63,751 bases of DNA from a candidate division WWE3 bacterium (GTDB lineage: Bacteria > Patescibacteriota > WWE3 > UBA101185 > UBA10185). The stretch is taken from assembly GCA_012798115.1 (NCBI GenBank), contig JAAZNV010000012.1, positions 1 to 63,751 on the forward strand, given 5' to 3'. Below are positions 36,858-46,722 of this stretch, one piece after another. How positions within the stretch are numbered: position 1 is the stretch's first letter; every line of letters starts with the position of its first letter. A program made the translations under genes and the position numbers. The notes beneath the pieces were generated by a model. The model worked only from the letters and a program-made list of their open reading frames with translations, did not search any database and had not been told where the DNA came from.

Positions 36858-38243
36858 TTAAAACTTCTTCTTAACCTTAAACTCTCCACTTGGTGTGTCT
36901 TCTACAATATATCCCATTCCAAGTATTTGCTTTCTTATGACATCAGCTTTATCCCAGATCCCATTTCTTCTGTATTCTCTTCTCATTTTAGCAAGATCTA
37001 TAATGTTATTAGGAATTTCATACCCAATGTGTTCTTGAAGCTTCAAACCCAAGAATTCATCCATTTTCAAAATAGTATTTAACTTTGAGTCCTCAGGTAT
37101 AGCACTTTTTAACAACTCCCAAACAACTGCCAAAGCTTCGGGGGTGTTAAAATCATCCTCCAGCTTTTCCCTAAATTTCTTGATATATTTATCAGAAATT
37201 TCAGCTTTTGGATCTTGCTCATAACTTCCTACTATTTCATATATTTTATTAAGAGAATTTTGCGCACTACTTAAAGCTTCCCAAGTAAAGTTAAGCGGTG
37301 TTCTATAATGAGCAGTCATGTATAAATATCTTAGATCAAGAGGATTAAAACCCTTGTTAACTACCTCACTTAAGGTATAAAAGTTTCCAAGGCTTTTACT
37401 CATCTTTCCGGCATCTACCATTAAAAACGCACTATGAATCCAGTAGTTTACAAATTTCTTTCCAGTAGCACATTCGCTCTGGGCTATCTCATTTTGATGA
37501 TGAATCATTTTTAAATCCTCACCACCTAAATGAATATCAATAGTATCCCCAAGCTCCGAAAGAACCATTGCAGAACACTCAAGATGCCATCCAGGAAAGC
37601 CAATACCCCATGGAGATTGCCACTCTTGTTGTCTTTTCTTGCTAGTGGGAGAAAATTTCCAAAGTGCAAAATCAGTGGGATTTTTCTTTTCAGGATTAGG
37701 ATCAATTCTTGCACCTTCTTTAATGTTTTCAACAGTAAGGCCAGATAATTCACCATAACTTGAAAACTTAGACGTATCAAAGTAAACACCATCAGATGTT
37801 TCATACGTATATCCTTTTTCTTCTAACGTGGCTATTAAATCAATTTGATCATCGACATACTCAGTTGCTCGCGTAAACTTTCTAGGTTCAGACAAGTTTA
37901 AGTCTTTATAACCCTTTAAAAACTCTTTAATATAAAAATCAACAATTTCTTTGGCTGATTTTCCTTCTTCAACAGCTTGCTTTTCAATCTTATCTTCTCC
38001 TCCTTCTGGATTACCTTGCTCTTCAAACAAATGACCAACATCAGTCATATTCATAACGAAGTCAACCTTATACCCGTTAAACCTTAGGGCTCTATAGACA
38101 AAGTCTGACAAAGAGAAAAGCCTCCAATTTCCTATGTGGGGATGCATGTAAACGGTTGGGCCACAGCAATACATTTTTACTAAACCAGACTCAATAGGTT
38201 TAAAATCTTCCAACTGTTTAGATAGTGAATTATAAATCTTCAT
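36858..38243 (-). CDS. cysS: cysteinyl-tRNA synthetase
   Basis: CGPTVYMHPHIGN (HIGH) and KMSKSLGN. Confidence 0.95.
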   Translation of the reverse strand: MKIYNSLSKQLEDFKPIESGLVKMYCCGPTVYMHPHIGNWRLFSLSDFVYRALRFNGYKVDFVMNMTDVGHLFEEQGNPEGGEDKIEKQAVEEGKSAKEIVDFYIKEFLKGYKDLNLSEPRKFTRATEYVDDQIDLIATLEEKGYTYETSDGVYFDTSKFSSYGELSGLTVENIKEGARIDPNPEKKNPTDFALWKFSPTSKKRQQEWQSPWGIGFPGWHLECSAMVLSELGDTIDIHLGGEDLKMIHHQNEIAQSECATGKKFVNYWIHSAFLMVDAGKMSKSLGNFYTLSEVVNKGFNPLDLRYLYMTAHYRTPLNFTWEALSSAQNSLNKIYEIVGSYEQDPKAEISDKYIKKFREKLEDDFNTPEALAVVWELLKSAIPEDSKLNTILKMDEFLGLKLQEHIGYEIPNNIIDLAKMRREYRRNGIWDKADVIRKQILGMGYIVEDTPSGEFKVKKKF

Positions 38244-38279
38244 ATTGAGTAAAATAATATCACAAAGAGGTATTTATTG

Positions 38280-38924
38280 TTATACCTCCAGTCTCCCGTC
38301 AAGTGCCCTACTTAGTGTAATATCATCTGCATATTCAATATCACCACCCACAGGTAAACCCCTAGCTATTCTTGTTAACTTAACTCTGTCTGAATCAAAT
38401 CCTTTTTCCCTTATTAACTTTGATACATACATGGCTGTTGATTCTCCTTCCATACTTGTATTTGTTGCAAGAATTACTTCAACAATCTTGTCTTCATTTA
38501 CGCTATCAAAAGACGGTTCATCCACTAATCTTGATATCCTATCTATTAGTTCTTTGATAAAAAGGTCATCCGGCCCAACACCATTTAATGGGTCTATTAT
38601 TCCATGAAGAACATGATAAACCCCCTTAAAGTTTGTCTTCTCAAGAGCAAAAGCATCAAGAGGATTAGCTACAACAGCAATTAACTTTTTGTTCCTTGAA
38701 GAATCATCACATACCGAACAAACATCAAATTCTGTCACATTTTTGCATACATTACACAACTTAGTTCCTTTCTTAAGTTCTACCAAGGAATCTGCAAACC
38801 TCTCTAATTCTTCTTGTGGAAAATGAAGTAGAAAGAAAGTCAATCTTTGAGCGGTCTTAGGACCAATTCCAGGAAGTCTTTCAAAAGAGTCTATTAAGTT
38901 TGAAATAGGCTTTGGTAGCTTCAT
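38280..38924 (-). CDS. recR: recombination protein RecR
   Basis: LPGIGPKTAQRLTFFLL HhH, C4 zinc finger CNVCKN...CSVC, Toprim. Confidence 0.95.
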   Translation of the reverse strand: MKLPKPISNLIDSFERLPGIGPKTAQRLTFFLLHFPQEELERFADSLVELKKGTKLCNVCKNVTEFDVCSVCDDSSRNKKLIAVVANPLDAFALEKTNFKGVYHVLHGIIDPLNGVGPDDLFIKELIDRISRLVDEPSFDSVNEDKIVEVILATNTSMEGESTAMYVSKLIREKGFDSDRVKLTRIARGLPVGGDIEYADDITLSRALDGRLEV

Positions 38925-38937
38925 CTATAGTATTGTA

Positions 38938-40488
38938 TCAATTTTTAGCCATTATAGGTAAACCACCATCAAAAGCTTCTATTATTGATTTATTATCAAC
39001 TCCAGACGGAATAGTAACATTCATATCAGTAAGATCGTTCTTTTTTGGTTTTTCATTGCTTACTACACACTTAATGGTTAGAGGAACACCAAATACATCT
39101 TTGCTTAAGCCCTCAAGTAATTTTCTTGTCCTTGCACATTCTAACCTTTCCTTATGAAATGGGTAAAAAACTTCAAGAACCAAAAAGCTTCCTTCCACCC
39201 TTAAAGGTTTGCTGGAAGTTAAAAGTGCAGTTATGGAATGGTTTAACTCTCTGCTTTGTTTAATAAAGCTATCCCATTGGCTTTTTATCTTTTTCATTGG
39301 AATAATAGGTCTTTCACTCAACCCACTGCCATCTTTACCTTTCTCAAGTAAATCATCAGCATCATCATCCTTTCTTGCAACTTTGCCCTTATCATCTCCA
39401 CCTTTTTTTTGTGCACTACAATCATCCTCAAGGCCATAAGAACAAATTTCAACTATAGCAACTTCTACTGGAAGTTGAGGAATAAAAGAACTCCTAATAC
39501 TTTTATGTGCTTCAAGCAAAGTATTCGTGGTGTTAACTAACCATTTCAAATCCACTTTCTTAGCTTGTTGTTTGGTAGCTTCAATAATTTCATCTGTAAC
39601 TTCTGCAGCACTTTCAGAGACCCCAGATTTTATAAACATCAAAGTCCTCAGATATTTCAATAACTCCCCAACCCATACATAAAGATCTACGCCTTCTTCA
39701 AATACGGCGTTAACTATGGAAAGGGCTTTTGAAACTTTGCAGTTTATTAAATAATCTACACATTCTATATATTTTTCCTTGGAAGAAGCACTCAAGAGAG
39801 AATCAATGTTTATATCTCCTTCTACAACCTGCTGAAGCAGAGTTTCAGCGTCTCTAAACCCACCAAGAGAGGCTTCTGCTATTTTCTTAAGCTCAAGATC
39901 CGATATTTTTATATTTTCACTTTCTGCAATTTTATTAAGTTTTTCAACGATTTGACCAACTGTTGCTCTTTTAAATCTAAATACTTGACATCTAGATTTT
40001 ATAGTTGCTGGAACTTTATGATCTTCAGTTGTACAAAGTATAAAATGTGTATTCTTTGGAGGTTCTTCAAGAGTTTTAAGAAGTGCATTAAAGGCCTCTG
40101 TAGTTAACATATGAACCTCATCAATAATGTATATCTTCTTCTTCCCCATTGTTGGGGCAAGCTTTATCTTATCCTTCAAGTCTCTTATATCATCTATTCC
40201 CCTATTACTTGCAGCATCTATTTCTATTAGGTCCACATAAGAACCAGATTTAATAGACTCGCAGTTAGTACATTTGTCACAAGGGTCTCCGTTTGCCTTT
40301 ACTTTTATACAATTTAAGGCCTTAGCTAGAATTCTTGCCACAGTGGTCTTTCCTGTTCCTCTTGGTCCTACAAAAAGATATGCATGAACAGTTTTACCTG
40401 TTTGAACTTGTTTTGCTAGTACATCAGCAGCTTCATTTGGACGACATATTTCTGTAAATTTTTGTGGACGATATTTTGTATAGTACAT
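38938..40488 (-). CDS. dnaX: DNA polymerase III subunit gamma/tau
   Basis: GPRGTGKTT Walker A, zinc module CDKCTNC, IIDEVHML, SRCQ. Confidence 0.95.
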   Translation of the reverse strand: MYYTKYRPQKFTEICRPNEAADVLAKQVQTGKTVHAYLFVGPRGTGKTTVARILAKALNCIKVKANGDPCDKCTNCESIKSGSYVDLIEIDAASNRGIDDIRDLKDKIKLAPTMGKKKIYIIDEVHMLTTEAFNALLKTLEEPPKNTHFILCTTEDHKVPATIKSRCQVFRFKRATVGQIVEKLNKIAESENIKISDLELKKIAEASLGGFRDAETLLQQVVEGDINIDSLLSASSKEKYIECVDYLINCKVSKALSIVNAVFEEGVDLYVWVGELLKYLRTLMFIKSGVSESAAEVTDEIIEATKQQAKKVDLKWLVNTTNTLLEAHKSIRSSFIPQLPVEVAIVEICSYGLEDDCSAQKKGGDDKGKVARKDDDADDLLEKGKDGSGLSERPIIPMKKIKSQWDSFIKQSRELNHSITALLTSSKPLRVEGSFLVLEVFYPFHKERLECARTRKLLEGLSKDVFGVPLTIKCVVSNEKPKKNDLTDMNVTIPSGVDNKSIIEAFDGGLPIMAKN

Positions 40489-40577
40489 AACTGCCTAAAC
40501 TTTAGTATAAATCTTCAGTTATTGTAAACCACTAATTAACGTTGGAAAATTATGTAAAATAATATAAACAAAAGAAT

Positions 40578-41078
40578 TTACAATAGCAGTGAATCAATGT
40601 TTAAACTTTCTATAATTTCTAATTCTTTATCACTAAAATCTAATAACACCCAGTTTTCGACCAGAATATTTTTGTTTTCAGGTCTTCCAACTCCTATTCT
40701 AACTCTCCAAAAGTCTTTAGTCCCAATACTCTTAATAATACTTTCCACCCCATGATGTCCTGCAGAGCCGGAACCTATTTTCCTCTTGACCAAACCAAAA
40801 GGCAAATCTACATCATCATGTATAACTATTAATTCTTCAGGGCTTATTTTATAAAAATCTAAGATTTTAGAGACTGCCTTCCCTGAATTATTCATAAAAG
40901 TTAAGGGTTTACACAATATAAAATCTTTTTGAAGGATAATATCAGACTCAAACTTCTGTGAATTTTCCCAGTCTAGATTTAAACTTCTTACATAATTATC
41001 AAGAACCATATATCCAACGTTGTGCCTATTTTTCTTATGATCTTCTCCAGGATTTCCCAGCCCAACAACTAACTTCAT
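40578..41078 (-). CDS. pth: peptidyl-tRNA hydrolase
   Basis: MKLVVGLGNPG...NRHNVGYMVLD. Confidence 0.9.
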   Translation of the reverse strand: MKLVVGLGNPGEDHKKNRHNVGYMVLDNYVRSLNLDWENSQKFESDIILQKDFILCKPLTFMNNSGKAVSKILDFYKISPEELIVIHDDVDLPFGLVKRKIGSGSAGHHGVESIIKSIGTKDFWRVRIGVGRPENKNILVENWVLLDFSDKELEIIESLNIDSLLL

Positions 41079-41392
41079 TTCTCCTCCTCATGATGAACAC
41101 CTAAAAGGTGCAACATACCATGCTCTACAAGCTCTGCTATTTCCTTTTCAACATCATTATCATAGCTGGAAGCCTGTCTTTGAGCCTGTTCTTTATTTAC
41201 TACAATATCTCCAAGGTAAAAAGCTCCATCGTCCTGCAGCTCACCTATTTCAAAGGAAAGAACATCTGTTGGGTAATCTCTACCAAGATATTTCTTGTTC
41301 AAGTCTTTCATTTCTTTGTCACTAACGACAGTAACAGACACATACACTTTTTTTTGGTTCAGAAAATCTTTAGCATTCATAAAACTTTTCAC
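41075..41392 (-). CDS. ybeY: rRNA maturation endoribonuclease YbeY (short form)
   Basis: HGMLHLLGVHHEE zinc-binding H-x-x-x-H-x-x-x-x-x-H motif. Confidence 0.8.
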   Translation of the reverse strand: MKSFMNAKDFLNQKKVYVSVTVVSDKEMKDLNKKYLGRDYPTDVLSFEIGELQDDGAFYLGDIVVNKEQAQRQASSYDNDVEKEIAELVEHGMLHLLGVHHEEEK

Positions 41393-41725
41393 CTAGTTAC
41401 TTTTCTGAGCCATTGGATTTGGATTATCAAGCTCAAAAGGAAATAATTTTGCATACTCTAAATAAATCTCAAGTTCATCTTTTTCTTTCTGAAGAAGATC
41501 TGATCTATTAGCCTTAGCGTATGTTTCAATTCCTTCTTTCCTATTTTTTATTTCTTTCCTTAACACTTTAAATACGTCCTCATCACTTAACTCTTTTCCT
41601 TGAGCTCTCAATTCTATTTCCTTGTTTTTCACCTGAGATAAGAAAAACCTCAACACACCAAGCTTAAAAGAATCACTGGCTTTTTGATACTCAATTAATT
41701 TAGACCTAAGATTATCTACCATCAT
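41393..41725 (-). CDS. GatB/YqeY-domain protein
   Basis: [17 protein letters not shown]...[15 protein letters not shown] pattern. Confidence 0.7.
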   Translation of the reverse strand: MMVDNLRSKLIEYQKASDSFKLGVLRFFLSQVKNKEIELRAQGKELSDEDVFKVLRKEIKNRKEGIETYAKANRSDLLQKEKDELEIYLEYAKLFPFELDNPNPMAQKSN

Positions 41726-41913
41726 TTGTTTTTACCCTCCAAATAAAATCTATGCTTTAGCTCTTTGTATTTTCTTCTTTTTATTTCACTAGGTTTAACA
41801 TAATGTTCCCTATCTTTTAACTCTTGCAGTATACCTGCTTTTAACACTTCTTTATTAAATCTTCTTAAAGCTTGATCTAAACTTTCTCCATGTCTAACTT
41901 TTACTTTTGTCAT
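41722..41913 (-). CDS. rpsU: ribosomal protein S21
   Basis: [20 protein letters not shown]...[12 protein letters not shown]. Confidence 0.9.
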   Translation of the reverse strand: MTKVKVRHGESLDQALRRFNKEVLKAGILQELKDREHYVKPSEIKRRKYKELKHRFYLEGKNK

Positions 41914-42333
41914 ATTTTTGCATCAAACATTTAATGTTCACTAGCAGTTGAACATATTGTTTGATATAAGCGTAATATCACGCTTGGCAGAAAACACCTC
42001 CAGACCATCATTTTTAACTATAAATACAATATAAAACTAAATTTTGCTCTCTTCTCTTACAGAATAATGTCATAATAAGTTTCTAGCAAGTAGTGAACCC
42101 ATCTGACAATATTAAAGGTACATACTGTGAATAATTTATTTACTCAATAACTATCATCCAAACCCTCAAAAGAAATCACTAAACAAATTACTTACAGTAT
42201 TATATTCTCAAGTATACACACACTACTCAAAATAATGCAAAACTTATACCACATTAGAAAGGTTGAGACAATAGTATAAAGCACCGTTGCTATAATTATT
42301 GATTTAGAAGGATAATTGCTAAAAAGTTAACAA

Positions 42334-43497
42334 TTATATATGAAGATCTTTAAGTGTAATTAAGACAGCAAACACTAGAAGAACAACCATACCAAACTTA
42401 TGAACGTTTGATTCAAAATTGACGTTTACTTTCTTTCTTGTAATGACCTCATATGCTTTAAATGCTATCCTACCGCCATCAAGCGCGGGTATTGGCAGTA
42501 TATTAGAAAATGCAAAACCAAGAGATATAATTCCAACTGTATCCATTAAGACAAGTGGGAGTCTGGGCCCTCCTTGTTTAAAAACACTCCCTATTACATT
42601 AAACACTCCAACAGGTCCTGCCACACTATTAGATATAGGAGATATATCTCTTGTAGCAACTGACAACCCTATTATCTTACCAAAAGCAGTTATTGAATAA
42701 GAAAGAATATCATACGAATAAAGAAACCCTGATAATATCCTTTCTATTGGCTTCTCATAGTTTATGGAAACAGCATTCCCAAGATAAACTCCAATTATGG
42801 AATCACCTTCTTCAAGACTTTTAGGTGCAACATTTGTTTTAGGAACTACGCTTATTGTTTTAACATTTGATTGTGTTTTATCATTTAAATTTAAAACTTC
42901 TATTTCCACCGTTTTTCCAGCCTTTCCTGATAATGCTTTCCTCATATCTGTTACTTCATTTATGCTTACACCATCTATCTTTAAGATTACATCTCCAACA
43001 TTTATTCCATATTGCTTTGCAGCTGAATTATCTTCCATATCAAACACCACTGTTTTATAAATTTCTTCTCTTCCAAATTTGAACTTGTGATCAAAAATCA
43101 TTGGAATGTAAAACGTCTTAAAACCATTAAAAAGAAAAAACACATAAAACAAAACTACTGCCAAAAGAAAGTTCATTAATATGCCAGCTGATAAAATTAC
43201 CATCTTTTGCTTTGGAGATTTAGATACAAAGCTCTTAGAGTCCTTTAAAAACTTTTTCTCCTCACTCTCAGTTTCAGCACCTTCTCCTGCAATCTTCACA
43301 AATCCCCCAAATGGAAGAAGATTAATAGAATAAAGAGTTTCCCCTTTTTGCTTTCCCCACAATCTTGGCGGATACCCTATCCCAAATTCTTCAACCTTTA
43401 CTCCATTTCTTTTTGAGGCAATAAAATGTCCAAATTCATGTACCAAAACAAGAACGGACATAATTATTAAAATAAAAAGTATGTTGAGAATACTCAT
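42334..43497 (-). CDS. rseP: RIP zinc metalloprotease RseP (M50, PDZ-containing)
   Basis: HEFGHFIASK near the N-terminus, PDZ, LPIPALDGG. Confidence 0.85.
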   Translation of the reverse strand: MSILNILFILIIMSVLVLVHEFGHFIASKRNGVKVEEFGIGYPPRLWGKQKGETLYSINLLPFGGFVKIAGEGAETESEEKKFLKDSKSFVSKSPKQKMVILSAGILMNFLLAVVLFYVFFLFNGFKTFYIPMIFDHKFKFGREEIYKTVVFDMEDNSAAKQYGINVGDVILKIDGVSINEVTDMRKALSGKAGKTVEIEVLNLNDKTQSNVKTISVVPKTNVAPKSLEEGDSIIGVYLGNAVSINYEKPIERILSGFLYSYDILSYSITAFGKIIGLSVATRDISPISNSVAGPVGVFNVIGSVFKQGGPRLPLVLMDTVGIISLGFAFSNILPIPALDGGRIAFKAYEVITRKKVNVNFESNVHKFGMVVLLVFAVLITLKDLHI

Positions 43498-43501
43498 GTA
43501 A

Positions 43502-44053
43502 TTAAATCGTCATGATTTCCTTTTTCTTTTCTTCACCCAAAGTATCAGCCTGTCCAACAAACTCCCTAACAATCTTTTCCACTTCTTCCTTTTGCTTAAA
43601 CTTTTCATCTTCGCCAATTAATTTATCAGAAAAGAGCTTATCTATATCCTTCATGGCATCCTGTCTAATGTTTCTCATTGAGTTTTTAGATTCTTCTACC
43701 TTTTCTGACACTTCTTTTGTAAACTGAACTCTTCTTTCTTCAGTTAATGCTGGAACAGTAACCCTAACTCTATCTGCTTCTTTCACAGCTCCTAACCCTA
43801 AATTGCTATTTCTAATTCCATTTATTATTGCATCCATCACACCTTTATCCCACGGTGTAACAGCAAGGTTGTGGAGATCCATCACTGTGATAGAACCAAC
43901 TTCCTTCAAAGTCATAACAGTGCCATTGTAAGCTTCAACAGAAACATCTGATATGAGCTGGGGAGAAATTCTTCCAGTTCTAATCTGGTTAAGTTCAGAT
44001 TTTAAAAATTCAATAGATTTAGATAACTTGATTCGTAAATCAGAAATATCCAT
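43502..44053 (-). CDS. frr: ribosome recycling factor
   Basis: MDISDLRIKL...IRTGRISPQLISDVSVEAYNG aligns with the RRF N-terminus. ATG at 44053 (the track GTG start overlaps tsf). Confidence 0.9.
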   Translation of the reverse strand: MDISDLRIKLSKSIEFLKSELNQIRTGRISPQLISDVSVEAYNGTVMTLKEVGSITVMDLHNLAVTPWDKGVMDAIINGIRNSNLGLGAVKEADRVRVTVPALTEERRVQFTKEVSEKVEESKNSMRNIRQDAMKDIDKLFSDKLIGEDEKFKQKEEVEKIVREFVGQADTLGEEKKKEIMTI

Positions 44054-44078
44054 ACCAATGATAATATCAAAAGGAGAT

Positions 44079-44537
44079 TTATTCTCCAACACTAAACTTT
44101 ACAAATTTAACTATTTCTATCTTTTCCCCAAGCTTAGCAATTGCTTCATTTACTAAGTCTATTATCTTTTTAGAAGGATCTCTAATGTATTCTGCTTCTA
44201 ACAAATCTTCTACGTTATTTAATTCTTCCGTACACACTTGCATAGCAACTTCATGACACAATTTCTTGAAGTCTTCTGTTTTTGCCACAAAATCTGTCTC
44301 ACATGAGACTAAAATCATACTCCCAACCTTCCCTCCATTATGAATATAGGAATAAACAAGCCCATCATTAGCCGTTCTATCAGCCTTTTTAGCTGCTTTT
44401 GAAGCTACTTTCCTCATTAAAATTTCTTTAGCTTTATCATAATCATCTGCTGTTTCTTCAAGAGCACTCTTAATCTCAAGTACTCCTGCTCCAGTTTCTT
44501 CTCTTAGTTTTTTAATCTTTTCCACATCAATTGCCAT
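44079..44537 (-). CDS. tsf: elongation factor Ts (short form)
   Basis: IKKLREETGAGVLEIKSALEE UBA-like start. ATG at 44537 follows AGGAGG. Confidence 0.85.
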   Translation of the reverse strand: MAIDVEKIKKLREETGAGVLEIKSALEETADDYDKAKEILMRKVASKAAKKADRTANDGLVYSYIHNGGKVGSMILVSCETDFVAKTEDFKKLCHEVAMQVCTEELNNVEDLLEAEYIRDPSKKIIDLVNEAIAKLGEKIEIVKFVKFSVGE

Positions 44538-44580
44538 ATATTTACCTCCTGTAACCAACTTACATTATATTAGCAAAAAT

Positions 44581-45507
44581 TTACTTGGAACTCTTCTTAG
44601 ACTTACTTTCTTCTTTACTCTTTTTTGAATCTTCTTCCAAAACCTCTTCAGTAGGAGATTCTTTAACTATCTTTTCTTGTTCTTCTCTCACAACTTCTTC
44701 AACTAATTTTTCTTCTACTGCTATTGCTTCTTCTGGTTTAACCTCAGACTTAACTTCAAGTTCCTTTTCTTTTTCTTTTCTTAATTCTTCTTCTTTTTCT
44801 TTCTTTGCTTTGCCCCATTCTTTATAACCTTCTTCTACTGCACTAGATATAGCTTTTACTAACAAGGCTACGGATTTGATAGCATCATCATTAGCTGGAA
44901 TTGAATAGTTTACTTCCGTTGGATCTGCATTTGTATCAACAATTCCTACAACAGGAACCCCTGCTCTTCTAGCTTCCTTCACTGCAGTCTTTTCCCTTCT
45001 TGGATCGATCACAAATAAAACTTCAGGGCTTTTTTTTAAGCTAACTATTCCACCATAAGAGGTTTGTAATTTCTCAATATTTCTATCAATCATTAATCTT
45101 TCCCTCTTGGTATAAACATCAAATCTTCCTTCTTCTCTCCCTTTTATCAAATCAAGAAGCTTGTCTAGATTCTTTTTGATTGTTTCAAAGTTAGTAATAG
45201 TACCTCCCACCCATCTTTCATTTACATACATAGCACCACATCTTTTTGCTTCAAGCTCAACTACATCCTTGGATTGCCTTTTTGTGCCTACAAATACAAT
45301 TGATTTACCTAAGGAGGATTGCTCGTACAAAAATCCACAAGCTTCTTTCAAAGCAACCTCAGTTTTCTCTAAATCAATTATATGAACATTTTTAGACACA
45401 GTATAAATATACTTCTCCATCTTAGGATTCCATCTTTTTGCTTGGTGACCAAAGTGAACTCCTGCATCAAGCATATCTTGTATTTTTGGTAACTTATATT
45501 TTGTCAT
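44581..45507 (-). CDS. rpsB: ribosomal protein S2 with K/E-rich C-terminal extension
   Basis: MLDAGVHFGHQAKRWNPKM. Confidence 0.95.
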   Translation of the reverse strand: MTKYKLPKIQDMLDAGVHFGHQAKRWNPKMEKYIYTVSKNVHIIDLEKTEVALKEACGFLYEQSSLGKSIVFVGTKRQSKDVVELEAKRCGAMYVNERWVGGTITNFETIKKNLDKLLDLIKGREEGRFDVYTKRERLMIDRNIEKLQTSYGGIVSLKKSPEVLFVIDPRREKTAVKEARRAGVPVVGIVDTNADPTEVNYSIPANDDAIKSVALLVKAISSAVEEGYKEWGKAKKEKEEELRKEKEKELEVKSEVKPEEAIAVEEKLVEEVVREEQEKIVKESPTEEVLEEDSKKSKEESKSKKSSK

Positions 45508-45749
45508 TTATTTATTTTTTTGAGGGAACAAACGAAGGAGTCAAATAATCATTCGAGTTTCCCTCTTTTAGTTTTGAAATTTAATTTACACTTGCTAATT
45601 TCTCACCTGAACCCATTTCTGGGAGAGAGCTTCAGGACATTAGTAAGTTATCACATGAAAATATATTTAGCAATAACATAAAACCATCCTACTTTCATCT
45701 TAAATTCCACAACCTACTCACTTCTCTAGTCTTCTTCATGTCCTATAGC

Positions 45750-45778
45750 TTGACAGACGTTATTAATTATGCTAAGCT
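45750..45778 (+). promoter_or_regulatory. sigma70-like promoter TTGACA-17 nt-TAAGCT with TGn extension
   Basis: TTGACA 45750-45755, TG 45770-45771, TAAGCT 45773-45778. No ORF downstream. Confidence 0.4.
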
Positions 45779-45784
45779 CATCCT

Positions 45785-46005
45785 AGCAGTTCAGAAAGAA
45801 GGCATAACCCCGCAATATTGGGTTTCTAGAAAAAATTTCTAGGTCACAGGGTTATTTACCCCATTAAGACGTGACAAACCTTAACTGAAAGCAAATATTT
45901 CGGGTACTTGAGAAAAGGTTTATTGAGACGGTAATTATAGTTATTTTCGGGTTTTATCTAACTACAGCCAGTCTCTTAACTGCCCTTCTTAAGTACCCGT
46001 TTTTT
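45785..46005 (+). ncRNA. candidate small RNA of unknown class (promoter to long terminal hairpin plus U-run)
   Basis: Hairpins ctagaaa-aaa-tttctag and ggtcac...gtgac. About 100-nt closing hairpin cgggtacttgag...cttaagtacccg (45901-45999), followed by TTTTTT. Confidence 0.3.
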
Positions 46006-46025
46006 ATGCTTAAATTAAAAAAGTA

Positions 46026-46058
46026 AAAGGCTGCTAAAACTAAAGTCTAACAGCCTTT
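46026..46058 (-). terminator. intrinsic terminator of tdk
   Basis: aaaggctg...cagccttt 8-bp stem, followed on the minus strand by a T-run. Confidence 0.55.
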
Positions 46059-46082
46059 CAATACCACTAATTTTACTTTTGT

Positions 46083-46649
46083 TTATCTTTGAATTTCGTG
46101 ATGTCTCCTGCAACGTGCTTCATATGACTCTTCAGCTCCAATAACTACAAGTGGATCAGTATATTTAGCTGGTCTGCCATTAACTAAACGTTGCGTTCTT
46201 GTAGCAAGATCTCCACATACCACACATATTGCTTTAAGTAGAGTAATATCATCTGCCTTTGCCATAAGATCAGGCATTGACCCAAATGGTTCCCCTTTAA
46301 AGTCTAGATTTAAACCATTAATAATTACTCTTTTACCAGTCTGACATAGCTTATCTGCTACTTCTACAACCCCAGCGTCGAAGAATTGAGCTTCATCAAT
46401 TGCAACCACTAAAATTTCTGGCAAGGCTAAATCCAGTATGTCTTGTGATTTTTCTACCGCCACTGCATCAAACTCTTCCCCAGAGTGAGATGTAATCTTA
46501 CCTGATTTAAATCTTGTATCTACCATAGGCTTAAACACCTGCAAACTTTGTTTTGCAATTACTACCCGTCTTAACCTCCTAATCATTTCTTCGGTTTTGC
46601 CACTAAACATACCACCACAAATCACTTCAATAGATCCTTTAGATTCCAT
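46083..46649 (-). CDS. tdk: thymidine kinase
   Basis: GGMFSGKTEEMIRRLRR, C-terminal zinc ribbon CVVCG...CRRHH. Confidence 0.9.
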   Translation of the reverse strand: MESKGSIEVICGGMFSGKTEEMIRRLRRVVIAKQSLQVFKPMVDTRFKSGKITSHSGEEFDAVAVEKSQDILDLALPEILVVAIDEAQFFDAGVVEVADKLCQTGKRVIINGLNLDFKGEPFGSMPDLMAKADDITLLKAICVVCGDLATRTQRLVNGRPAKYTDPLVVIGAEESYEARCRRHHEIQR

Positions 46650-46722
46650 ATCTTCTCTCCTTTATTTTTTAATCTACACAGGATTTTATCACAAAGGAAA
46701 AAACAGCAAAGAGAACTTAACT

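Noticed and set aside
38245-38607. Antisense ORFs opposite well-supported genes. Examples: 38245..38607 vs recR, 41108..41446 vs ybeY/yqeY, 57562..57933 vs atpD, 61857..62273 vs the c-like gene, 2924..3199, 31320..31613.
   Set aside because: Each lies inside a strongly supported gene on the other strand, has Ser/Leu/Phe-rich composition typical of reverse-frame translation, and shows no start context.
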